This document shows, piece after piece, positions 11,929 through 22,879 of a stretch of DNA of 46,317 nucleotides. The stretch is from Squalus acanthias (taxonomy: Eukaryota). The stretch's first letter is position 1, and every line of letters begins with the position of its first letter. The stretch covers positions 45,649,684 through 45,696,000 of the forward strand of contig CM059434.1 in assembly GCA_030390025.1 (NCBI GenBank), in the 5' to 3' direction. The translations under genes and the position numbers were made by a program. Under the pieces are notes generated by a model. That model was not told the DNA's origin, did no database searches, and worked only from the letters and a program-made list of their open reading frames with translations.

Positions 11929-12588
11929 ATTATATAGTAGCCATTCTTTTTTGGCCCTTCTATCCTTTTCACCTGCTCACTATACCTTCTATATTTTGAT
12001 TTCCTTTAGTATTCTTAGCCCTAGTTTTATCATATGCCTCCTTTTTAAGTTTTAATTTAGGTTTTACCTACAAACTCTATTCTTTGATGCATTCTTTTTT
12101 GCCAGATATATAAATATATTTTCGACACCTTTCATCTAACATTTGAAAATTCTTCACTGCCGATCCGTGGTCCTGTTTTCTAACGTAAAATCACCCCAAT
12201 ATTATTGCCCAGTTGTTCTTGCATCTCTCTGTGAAATGTCTAAATATTTCCTCTTGTATCTTATCTTCACTATTTGGTGGCCTACAGCAATGGTAAGATA
12301 GTACCTGTACTATTTTTCTTTTTCCTTAGCTTTATCCATATAGACTCTATCTTAACCTAAGCTTTTAGAACATCCTTACATTTTAACACTGGGCTAGAAT
12401 ACTTTACGAATACTGCTACCCCACCCCCTTTTTCCTTCTCCATCTCTCCTGAGGCAAATAGATGGAGTTAAGATACAGATTAGCCATGATCTAATTGAAT
12501 GACGGAACCAGCTCGTAGGGCTGAATGGCCTACTCCTGTTCCCATGTTCCTAACTCTGTCCTGGGTGAGATTATCTCTCTGTTGCATT

Positions 12589-12689
12589 CAACGTTCCCTA
12601 TAAGCTGTGCGACTGCGCAGCTCTCTGCCGGTCCCGTGCAGCCCTTTAAAGGGGCAGTGCACCCAAAATAAAAATAAGATGGAACATTG
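12589..12689. mobile_element. Small hAT-like MITE
   Basis: Ends CAACGTTCC / GGAACATTG, with 8-bp flanks GTTGCATT and GTTACACT (6/8 identical). Confidence 0.55.
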
Positions 12690-13007
12690 GTTACACTTGT
12701 CCTGAATTTGGAGCTGCACTATTGGCATGTCTGGAAATTGCTACAGGTGAAAAAGAAAAGAGATCTGCAGCATGGGTTAGGGTGGTGGAAGTAGGATAGG
12801 GAGCAGACCACTTACATGATTGCCAAAGAGAACTGAAATGGCTTAAGATTAATGGACACGCACCATTGTTTGTTTAATACATATATAGATAATGCTTTTT
12901 CATTTTGTGAATCATGTATGATAGAAGATAAATCAATAACATTTATCTTCAGAAATTGTGTATAATTAAAACTCTTTTTGTGTTTTGTGTTTCTCCCCCC
13001 CCTTTAG

Positions 13008-13370
13008 TTGCTCCTAAATTGGCTGAAATAATTCGACCCCATATCGTGCATCATAACAACTCAGCGATGCTGACTTGTCAGATAAATTTTTTCAAGCCAC
13101 GTCCTTTAAGGATCACATGGTACAAAATAATGAATAAAAAGAAACATCCTTTACTGAAATACGACAATGAAGCTGAAGAGAATATCTTTCTGAGCAAATA
13201 TTCCCATTATGTGAGTGAGTTTAATTTTCCTGACCACACTCTCAGTGTCTGGAGCATGTTGCTCTTTAATGCAACAATCCGAGAAGATGACGACAGTGAA
13301 TATTTCTGTGAAGTTGAACACATTGGTTTGAGAAATCCAGCAGAGAAACAGGTTAAACTGAAAGTAAAAG
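13008..13370 (+). CDS. NCR3LG1: Post-TM Ig C1 domain 2
   Basis: Acceptor ccctttag|tt, donor AAAG|gtaatc. VAPKLAEI..MLTCQINFFKP..ITWY..EYFCEVEH. Confidence 0.85.
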
Positions 13371-14235
13371 GTAATCCAAACCCAAAGTTCTTGATATTGC
13401 TCAGTCCTTTTTAAAATGTGTTGGTGTCTTCTTTCCTGTGTTCATATTGATACGAAGAATTTCAGTACTAGGGAATAGAACACCCTTCTATTCTGTGCAT
13501 TTATTGTCAGCATTAAGCACTTCCAGGTGTTTAGTTGTAAAGATGTGACCAACTATTGCAAATTTGATCATTTTTAAGTTGGTTATCTCTGCGGCGCCTC
13601 TGAGTGAAATTATCAATTTGCGGGCATTAAGAATTGTGTTGTGATTACTCTAACTTCCCTTGTGTAGGATTCTTACAAGTCATTAAAATAGGGAGACGTT
13701 CATCCTATCTTTTTGGAATGTATTTAAATCCAGGTACCAGAAGTGACAGAATAATGTGCTAAGTCATGGTGCCACCCTATCCCAGCCCTTTAGATTGCCT
13801 AAATTTTCCATAAATCTGTATGAATATACTTTTATTAAGCACTATCATCCAAATTCCATAAAGATTTAGCCTTTGTGAATGTAACATATCCAGAGTACTT
13901 TTATACATTATCTGAGAAAATAGTTGTGCTAAGAAAGCTCTTTGAGCTGGAGCTGACGTCCTTAGGGGTGGGTATCCTGCATCTAGTTGATTCTACACCT
14001 GAACTCAGGACGTTTAGTGTTGTTAGTGGATATAATTAGTGGAAAAATGCTGTTACCCTGCACCTGATCCCTTCATCTCGAGAGTCTATTCCCAAAACAA
14101 TAACATCTCTTATCTTTACAGATGCTGGTGGACCTGCTGTTTATTTCTAGCAATTTTTACTTCTATTTTCAATATGTAGTTTCTTCTTTTTCTTACTGTT
14201 TTAATTTATTCTGCCAACATCGTTAAAAATAGATT

Positions 14236-16159
14236 CAGGAAATGCTGGAAATACTTAGCAAGTCAGGCAGCATCTGTGGAGAGAGAAACAGAGTTAACGT
14301 TTCTGGTCGACCTTTCGTCAGAACTGGAAAAAGTTAGAGATGTAACAGATTTTAACCGGGGGAAGGGAGGGAAGGTCTGTGATAGGGTGGAAGGCAGGAG
14401 TGATTAAATGACAACAGGTATGATTGTACAAAGCAAAAGGGGATGGTAATGGGACAAGTAAAGAAACAAAAGATGGGACAAAGATGTAAATGGATATAGC
14501 AGAATCATAAACAGCTGCCATCTGGAAAAAATAGGGGCAGAGGTCATGGTCTGAAATTGTTGAACTCGATGTTGAGTCCAGAAGGCTGTAAAGTGCCTAA
14601 TCGAAAGATGAGGTGCTGCTGTTCGAGTTTACGTTGAAGTTCGTTGGAACAGTTTAAGAGACCGAGGTGGGAGTGGAGCGGAGAATTAAAGTGACAGGTG
14701 ACCGGAAGCTCAGGGTCACGCTTGCGAACTGAACGGAGGTGTTCCGCAAAATGGTCACCCAATCTGCGTTTGGTCTCCCCAATGTGGAGGAGTCTGCATT
14801 GTGAGCAGCGAATACAGTATACTAATTTGCAAGAAGTACAAGTAAATCGCTGTTTCACCTGGAAGGAGTGTTTGGGGCCCTGGACGGTGGGAAAGGAGGA
14901 GGTAAAAGGGCAGGTGTTGCATGCCCTGCGCTTGCACGGGAAGGTGCCAGGGGAAGGGGATGTTGGGCGTGATTGAGGAGTGGACCAGGGTGTCGCGGAA
15001 AGGGGAGGGGAAGTAGAATCAAGTTGTTGGCGGAAATGGCAGAGGATGGTGGTTCTTATTTCGACTCTTTTTCTCCCCTTGTCCAGTCTCTTCCCACCTA
15101 CATCCACGACTCTTCCGATGCCCTCCGCCACTTTAACAGTTTCCAGTTTCCTGGCCCCAACCATCTCCTTTTCACCATGGACGTCCAATCCCATTACACC
15201 TCCATCCCCACCAGGACGGCCTGAGGGCGCTCCGCTTCTTCCTTGAACAGAGGCCCAACCAGTCCCCATCCTTCACCATCCTCCTCCGCCTGGCTGAACT
15301 TGTTCTCACATTGAACAGCTTTTCCTTTGACTCCACTCACTTCCTCCAAATAAAAGGTGTTGCTATGAGTACCCACATGGGTCCTAGCTATGCCTGCCTT
15401 TTTTGGGGATATGTGGAACATTCTTTGTTCCAGTCCTACTCGGGTCCCCTCCCTCACCTCTTTTTCTGGTACATTGGTGACTTATCGGTGCTGTTTCCTG
15501 CTCTCGTCCTGAACTGGAAAATGTCATTCAATTTGCTTCCAATTTCCACCCTTCCCTCACCTTCACATGGTCCATCTCCGACTCTTCCCTTCCCTTCCTC
15601 GACTTCTCTGTCTCCATTTCTGGGGTTAGGCTATCGACAGATATCCACTATAAGCCCATTGACTCCCACAGCTACCTGGACTACACTTCCACCCCCGCTT
15701 CCTGTAAGGACTCCATTCCATTCTCCCAGTTTCTCCATCTCTGTTCTGATGATGCCACCTTCCATACCAGTGCTTCTGATATGTCTTCCTTTTTCCTCAA
15801 CCAAAGATTCCCCTCTACCGTGGTTGACAGAGTCCTCGACTGTGTCCATTCCATTTCCCAAACTTCTGCTCTCACCCCTTCCCCTCCCTCCCAGAACCAC
15901 GATAGGGTTCCCCTTGTCCTCACCTTTCACCCCACCAGCCTCCAACTTCAACGGATCATCCTCCGCCATTTCCAGCGTGATCCTACTACCGAACACATCT
16001 CTCCACCCCCCCCCCCCCTCCTCTTCGGCATTCCAAAGGGACTGCTGAAACATTAATCCTGTTTCTCTCTCCACAGATGCTGCCAGAGCTGCTGATTATT
16101 TCCAGCATTTTCTGATCTTTCGTCAGACTTCCAGTATCCGCAATATTTTGCTTTTGTAC
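14236..16159. mobile_element. Penelope-like retroelement with internal inversion (GIY-YIG part on -, RT part on +)
   Basis: Minus-strand LVYCIRCSQC..HIGETKRRLGDHFAEH..QPSGLN (GIY-YIG). Plus-strand LFTMDVQSHYTSIP and KGVAMSTHMGPSYACLF (RT). Inverted termini, and 12-bp direct repeat TAAAAATAGATT at 14224-14235 and 16160-16171. Confidence 0.9.
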
Positions 16160-16469
16160 TAAAAATAGATTATCTGGTCATTATCACATTGCTGTTTGTG
16201 GGACCTTGCTGTGTAAAAATTGGCTGCGCATTTCCTACATTACAATGTACATCGTATTGGGACATTTTTTTCTTTCCTTCCCTACTCTGACTTATAATTC
16301 AGTGCCCCCCCCCCCCCCCTGCACGCTGGATCCCAGATTGTGAATTGCCTAATTGATTGGCTAGATACTTTTAGGATGAGATCAGTTATCACACTCAAAT
16401 CCTTTGTCTATTCCTGCTAATGAACACCTTTCAGATTTTACACAAATTTACCATTACCTGTTTGTATAT

Positions 16470-16700
16470 CTTGGCTCAGTCGGTAGTTGAAAGTTGTGGG
16501 TTCAAACCACATTCCAGGCTGACCCTTCAGTACAGTACAGAATGAGTACTGCACTGCTGGAGGTGCCATCCTTTGGATGATATGTTAAACTGAGGCGCCA
16601 ACTTTCCTGTTCAGGTGGATGTTAAAGATCCCATTGAAATACTTTAAAGAACCGTGGTGTCAGGGCCATTCTTCTTTCAACCACCATCAAAAAAGATTCT
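16470..16700 (+). mobile_element. tRNA-headed Deu-type SINE remnant
   Basis: A-box-like TGGCTCAGTCGG, B-box-like GGTTCAAACC and core caggtggatgttaaagatccca. A second Deu-like piece lies at 14205-14235 plus 16160-16245. Confidence 0.6.
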
Positions 16701-16794
16701 GTTTTGAAAAATTAGTTTATCACAAATATGTAATATATATATATATTTATATATGTATGTATGTAGTAATATTCTACTGTTTTATATTTTACAG

Positions 16795-17106
16795 CTTTTC
16801 CTTCACTTAATGCCATCTTGTGTGAACCAGTGAACCCTGTAATTGGAAAAGAGTTGACTCTGTCCTGCAAAGTGCATTCATTTTATCCTGAAGCCATTAC
16901 TGTCCAATGGTTTAAAAATAAAGAAGCTATGAAGGATACTGAAACATCTGAAAAAATTCTGAATCTTGAGAATGAGTTGTATGAATTTACTAGTTCATGT
17001 ACAATTATTCCAACATTATTAGAGCGAGAGAGTAAATATAAATGCCAGGTTAATCATGAGAGCCTTATGTATCCAAGATTTGAAGAATATACTCCTGAAA
17101 ATTTGG
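16795..17106 (+). CDS. NCR3LG1: Post-TM Ig C1 domain 3
   Basis: Acceptor attttacag|ct, donor G|gtatgt. AFPSLNAILCEPVNPVIGKELTLSCKVHSFYPEAITVQWF..KYKCQVNH. Confidence 0.85.
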
Positions 17107-17652
17107 GTATGTTTATTCTCAGTTTAAAAACATTTCTGCAATATAAAACAGGTGGAACTTTTTGTTTATAATGAAACTAAATTTTGTTCTAATTTCATAA
17201 ACTGTATTCACTCAAATTTTTGTTATCGCTCCCCACCTTTCATCAGGATGGTTGAGTTTAGCAGTCAGCTGTTTCTGGTGTGCAAAACAGTATTACTGGA
17301 GTTTAAATGTGTTCTAATGCTACAGTTCCTCAGACAGTTAGGCAAACCTAATAGTACCCTAAATAGGTCAGCAAGAGAAGTTCACCAGCAAAAGTAGTTG
17401 TTCAGAGGGAATCCTAGCCAAGACTCAAGTTATACTGGTAGTCATAGTACTCTGACCATGGTAAAATTAGCTCACTGTCATCAAAATGAAGCGAAATTTT
17501 AATGTTAGTAGAGCATTGATGGGACATTAAGTTCCCCAGACCACATGGGAGTGTTTATAAATTTTAAACTTTGAAGAGCTACACTTAAAATAATGTGAGT
17601 GAAGGGGAGGGGAAAGGGGACAAAATTAGTTTGAACAAATTGGGTTTCAATG

Positions 17653-18098
17653 GGCCAAAATTTGCGGTCGGAGGCGTACCTCCAGAGTATGCCTCCGACC
17701 CGATTTAAAAAAAAAAAAAAATCCACACCTACCTGCTGGCTCCCGGGCTTCGGAGACTTCGGATCCTGGGCCTCCAGGTGTAAAGGCCCAAGCATCCCTG
17801 GGATCACGTGGGCCACGTCCTCCTTTCATAAAGGAGGATTCCTCATATGCTTATGGGGATTCTATTTACGAACATAATCCCCAAATAATTAAATAATTTA
17901 CACAACTGGAATAAAAGATTTTTGGGTCGGTGCAGATGATCTGTCACGGCGAACCATGACGGATCACAAGTACCGGGTTTTCGCACATGTGCAGCGCATG
18001 CGGAAACCCGGAACTTGCGGGCTCTTTCGCAAGTTTTACCAGGTTTACAATGGCGTACGCTGTGCATACGCCAGCATGGGGAATGGAAAATCTGGGCC
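17653..18098. mobile_element. PIF/Harbinger-like MITE
   Basis: Ends GGCCAAAATTT / AAAATCTGGGCC, with 3-bp ATG duplication (17650-17652, 18099-18101) and several internal hairpins. Confidence 0.7.
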
Positions 18099-18847
18099 AT
18101 GGTTACTAGTGGACCTGGTATCAGTGAAATCACATGGGACATTAAAAAGTCTTATTTCCCAAAAATGTGAACAGTGATGTTCAGGAAATAATGCTTGATC
18201 AGGCATTAAGTTCTTGATATGTAAATTTTATATGAAGTGATATTACAGTAAAGCAATTTTATTTTGCCACGCAATGACTGATCTAAATGTATCAGCAGTA
18301 ACATTATTGCATTGTGTTATGTTCCCATAATTTGAAATTAGTTAAAACACAAATTACTCCATTTTTGAAAAGCTTCCAAGTGCAATGCTGATTGGTGTCA
18401 TGCAATGCCAGGTGATGTGCCAAAATCCTGGTGACAATCCTGCGGTAGTTCAGCATATATTAGGAATTGAATCTTGGACCTTCCTGATCTGTGTAGTTTA
18501 CCACATTGTGCCTTTACATACTGAGCTATTCTGGTGCTTAAAATGTAATTGTTAGTTGGGAAGAAGGACTGAAGTAACCCTTTTCTGTGGAGCATTTTTT
18601 TAAATGACAAGCTCTAGCCTAGAGAATGACATTAGTTTAAAATACTAAGATTCATTTGCATTTCTGTGAGTATATAAATGTAGGGGTGAATGTTAATAGT
18701 CCACTTATTTGCTGCTTTCCAATTATCTTACAAACATTGAATACATTCAAAATAGTTTGTTACATAGATTTTTGGTACTAATATCTGAAACAAAGTTTGG
18801 AAAGATGTATTTCAGTTTTACTTACTTACTGTTTCTCTTTATTTCAG

Positions 18848-19174
18848 TATCTTTCCCCAAAGTATCTGAAATTGTCTGCAATCCTGCCATCCCTGAACTA
18901 GGGAAGAAATTGACTTTAATCTGTACTATAAGTGAGTTTTATCCAGAGGATATTCAAATTGACTGGTTCAGAGATGAGGTGAGAATGAACGAGATTTCAA
19001 AACATGGAAACATTAAGGAAGAATCATCCTGTGAAAATGGTCTGCACAAAAAAGTCACCCAAGTAACCTTGACTCCAAGTACTGATGATCATCAAGCTGA
19101 ATATAAAATTGAAGTTTGTCATTCAAAATCTTCAACCAAACCTCTTAAGCAATGTTTCCAGCTATTTCTTAAAG
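18848..19174 (+). CDS. NCR3LG1: Post-TM Ig C1 domain 4 (F-strand Cys replaced)
   Basis: Acceptor tttatttcag|ta, donor AAAG|gtgagt. VSFPKVSEIVCNPAIPELGKKLTLICTISEFYPEDIQIDWF..EYKIEVCH. Confidence 0.85.
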
Positions 19175-19569
19175 GTGAGTTTAAATTTTGTTTGCTGAAG
19201 ATGAAATGAGTTCTGCTGACAGCTGTTCAAAGATCGTAATCAAGAGGCTAACCTGAATTGATTGCAGGATCTGTACTTGCCCTGTGAAAGGTTAATGGAA
19301 ATGTATTTGAAATGCTAAAACATCTTAATTGTGCCATTATATATTTCTTTTGCTTTTCTTTGTTCTGAATATGGATTGCTCAATTTACAACTGATATTTG
19401 CTGCCTAAGTAGCGTTGTTGAGAAATATCCTGATCATACAACCATCTGCCAATTTGCCAATGCCATTTTCTGCTTCATCTTGGCCTGTGCAGGCTGAAGA
19501 AAATGAGTACAATAATGAAAAGTCTGCTTACTGCATATTGATATATTTAAGTTTTGAATATGAAGGGAA

Positions 19570-20230
19570 AATCTAACCACCCCCCTCTTGACATTCAATG
19601 GCATTATCATCGCCAAATATCCCACCATCCATATCCTGGGGGTCACCATTGACCAGAAACTCAACTGGACCAGCCACACAAATGTCACTAGAGCAGGTCA
19701 GAGGCTGGGTATTCTGTGGTGAGTGACCCACCTCCTGACTCCCCAAAGCCTCTCCACCACCTACAAGGCACAAGTCAGGAGTGGGATTGAATACTCTCCA
19801 CTTGTCTGGATGGGTGCAGTTGCAACAACACGCAAGAATCTCATCTATAACCAGGATAAGGCAGGCTGCTTGATCGGCACTCTATCCAGCATAAACATCT
19901 ACTCCCTCCACCATCGGCGTACTATGGATGCAGTGTGTACTGTGTACAGGAAGCACTGCAGCAGGTTGCCAAGGCTTCTTCGGCAGCAACTCCAGCAGGT
20001 GCATGGGAACACCGTCACCTCCAAGTTCCACTCCAAGTCACACATCATCCTGACTTGGACATATATTGCAATTCCTTCATTGTAGCTGGGTCAAAATCCT
20101 GTAATTCCCTACCCAACAGCACTGTGGGAGTACCTTCATGTTGAGGTTCATCTTCTCGAGGGTGAGTAGAGATGGGCAATAAATGCCAGCCTTGTCAGCG
20201 ATGCACATATCCAAAGAATGAATAAAAATA
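19570..20230 (+). mobile_element. Non-LTR retrotransposon ORF2 C-terminal/3' fragment (clade uncertain)
   Basis: Peptide TYKAQVRSGIEYSPLVWMGA..SLHHRRT, typical of the post-RT region, ending in aagaatgaataaaaa. Confidence 0.7.
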
Positions 20231-20303
20231 TAATTTTTGGCAGATAGGATGTGGCTTAATTTGGCCTTTTGTAACTATTAAATGTATTTTCTATGTGTTA
20301 TAG

Positions 20304-20615
20304 GCTCACCCAAATTTTCAGAGTTCAAAATGGAACCAGAGATCCCTTTGTATGGCAAGCCTTTATCTGTGTACCATTCAGTGTCTGGTCTTTTCCATGA
20401 AAATATTACTGTTCAGTGGTACAAAGCATCTGAGCAGGTTAAAGATGGAGTGACAATTTCAGATCCTGTGCGTACCCGTGAAAACACTTACAAAATAGAC
20501 AGTTGTCTGAAGTTTTCAGTGACTGCAGAAGACTTTGAAAGAGAGCTAATCTTTCAGTATAAAGACAATTCCAAAAGTGATGTATTCAAAAGACGTATTC
20601 AACTGCCCCTCAAAG
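20304..20615 (+). CDS. NCR3LG1: Post-TM Ig C1-like domain 5 (both canonical Cys lost)
   Basis: Acceptor tgttatag|gc, donor AAAG|gtgagt. GSPKFSEFKMEPEIPLYGKPLSVYHSVSGLFHENITVQWY..TYKIDSCL..ELIFQYKD aligns to its sister domains and has an open frame. Confidence 0.8.
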
Positions 20616-20715
20616 GTGAGTGTATTTCATGCACTGATGTTTAAATATGTTTTTAATGCAGGATTTGTCGATAATTTCTGTTAAAATATATGTATGATAT
20701 AGCATTGAAGATAAT

Positions 20716-21050
20716 GGCCTGGATTTTGTTGTGAGTGGTGAAGGAACAGGATTTACCGTTTACTTCGCGTACAGTTGGCCTCAGACTTTTAGCGGGCTTG
20801 TCAGCATAGACTTCCTCTCTTCCGGTGTCTCTTTGAATTTGGTGCCCTCTACAGGGGATCTGTGGCGTCTGTGCAGGGAAAGCATCAGGGAAGCTGTTCA
20901 ACCAATCAGATTGAAGAATCCTCACTGACACACGCCGACAACAAAGCAGGAAGTAAAAAAAAAAAGGACATATAAATTACATTTAAATCATTGTACAGGA
21001 AGCAAAATAAAGATTGGGACATACACATGGTATTAAGAGAAATACATAAA
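20716..21050 (+). repeat. Partial copy of the dispersed non-autonomous DNA element (family of 45603-46317)
   Basis: Shared gtgccctctacaggggatct..ccaatcagattgaagaatc..caggaagt. Starts with ggcctggattttg. Confidence 0.6.
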
Positions 21051-21273
21051 AGAGCATGTGTTCAGTGGAAATTACTTGGTACAAGTTTGAAGTAATTTTG
21101 TTTTGTATACATGGATTGTAAATATGTTATACCATTTTTTGGAACGTAAAATAAATATTCAACTTGAGCAGTTATTGAAAAACTTTTGAACCCATGAAAA
21201 TAATTATCTTTTTAGGAGTCTGATTGTATTGGTATTTGTGAGAATTACATTTTGTTACTGCATTTTTTCACAG

Positions 21274-21581
21274 CTGTGACTCCCAAAGTATCAGAAATCC
21301 AGTGTTGCCCTGCTGATCCCAAAAAGGGTCAAGACGCAACTCTTACTTGCATGATTGAACATTTTTGCCCAGTGGACATACTTGTTGTTTGGAGCAAGGG
21401 ATGGACGGAATACAAGGATAAACAAATCGTAGAAAAGCCCAAAATTGATGACAAGGGACTTTACTCTACAATTACAAAACTACCTATCGTTGCAGGTGCA
21501 GGTTCAGAAGAGTATACTTGTGAAGTTCGACACACAAAAACTAATGATATTATAGAGAAGACATTCACTCTGTGGATTTAG
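21274..21581 (+). CDS. NCR3LG1: Post-TM Ig C1 domain 6, terminal coding exon with stop
   Basis: Acceptor ttttttcacag|ct. AVTPKVSEIQCCPADPKKGQDATLTCMIEHFCP..VVW..GLYSTIT..EYTCEVRH..FTLWI-TAG. Confidence 0.85.
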
Positions 21582-21651
21582 GTATATTCTGTCATTTCAG
21601 TGCACCTTAATCATTTCTTTTAATAATGGCTGTTTTTGAAAATTTGAGCAT

Positions 21652-21657
21652 AATAAA
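21652..21657 (+). promoter_or_regulatory. Candidate polyadenylation signal AATAAA
   Basis: First AATAAA, about 70 nt after the stop codon of the Ig gene. Motif match only. Confidence 0.3.
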
Positions 21658-22241
21658 TCCAACTAATGGAGATGCAGAGCAGGAGATATATCCAACAACA
21701 AACCGTAGGTAAGGGAATAGGGAACAAGAAAAGAATGTTTCGCTGATGTAACTCATTTCATTATAATCCAAATTTCTGGATTAATTCTGTGGACAATCGC
21801 TTGCCTCCCATAATCTTACTTTATTTTTAGTTTGATTACCTGAACTGTGACAGCGATGAGTTAGCCAAGCTGTTCTATCCTAATTTATAGCCAACAAGAC
21901 CTGAATTCTTGTGAAAACTGAATTGAAAGCTCTCCTGAGCACTAATGAACTGTTGAAAACATACAGGCCTTTTTAATAATGATTCCCTAGAATCACCATT
22001 TTCTAACTGCCAAAGAAGTTTATTTTCCTGAAATGAGAATTTCATATTTTATCATGTTAGCATTGTGCTTGTGCTGTATAGATCATGAAAATAATTGATC
22101 ATTAATTGGTAAGTACATTTTTAGACAACTAAAGAGATGCCATTTTATATACAATTATACTCAAAACAATGTGCAATATTTGCCACTTTAGAATTGACAT
22201 TTTATATTTTTCTACCTACCATTTTGGCAGAATTTATACTA

Positions 22242-22498
22242 CAGTAAACTCTTTCGTATCCGGCCCCTATGGGACCAGAATGGTGCCAGTTGATAAATTC
22301 TGGATAACAGAGGTATACCTACCAAGGCAATTTTTAACACAATCAAAAATAAAAACCACTGACTAACTCTGCCACCGCGGGAGACTTGGACTCAGCAAAA
22401 CGAGTGCTGGATGGATTCGGCAAGATTACTGGTTATCTATTTTGCCGGTTATTAAAGTATTCTGGATGATTAAGTGCCGTTTAAACAAGAGTTTACTG
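22242..22498. mobile_element. Tigger/pogo-like MITE, copy 2 (inverted relative to 9067-9351)
   Basis: Same TIRs and TA flanks. Terminal regions are the reverse complement of copy 1, while the central part differs. Confidence 0.85.
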
Positions 22499-22879
22499 TA
22501 TTGTGATAGTTCTAAAGTTTGTTGACTTGTTTTGAAGCTTTCAACAATAATTCCAATTTTTGTAATTGGAAGTGTTCAAGTTGCATGTCTACAAATATAT
22601 AACGTGTTTAATTATGTAAATTTATTTTGAGGTTTTTTAACAAAATATATTAAATATGTATAATTAAATGTCCAAATTAATGTCTACTGTGCAGTCCACG
22701 TGTTCTTTTGAGGTTGTTTGCTATGTACTGTTTGCTATGCTCTGTGTATTTGTAAAAAAATATATAATGAATGGTCTTCTGATTTAAGGAAAAGATCTGT
22801 ATGTGCTAAAGCAACTGTTGACTTTACAGTTGTCGCTTTCTATGGCTACTTTTTTAAAATTTGAGAATTTGTAAACATA

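Noticed and set aside
7541-21581. Immunoglobulin heavy-chain (IgW/IgNAR) or TCR constant-region cluster
   Set aside because: No J segments, recombination signals, secretory tail or downstream TM exon were seen. The V exon is already joined through its G strand, the TM precedes the C1 array, and synteny indicates B7-H6.
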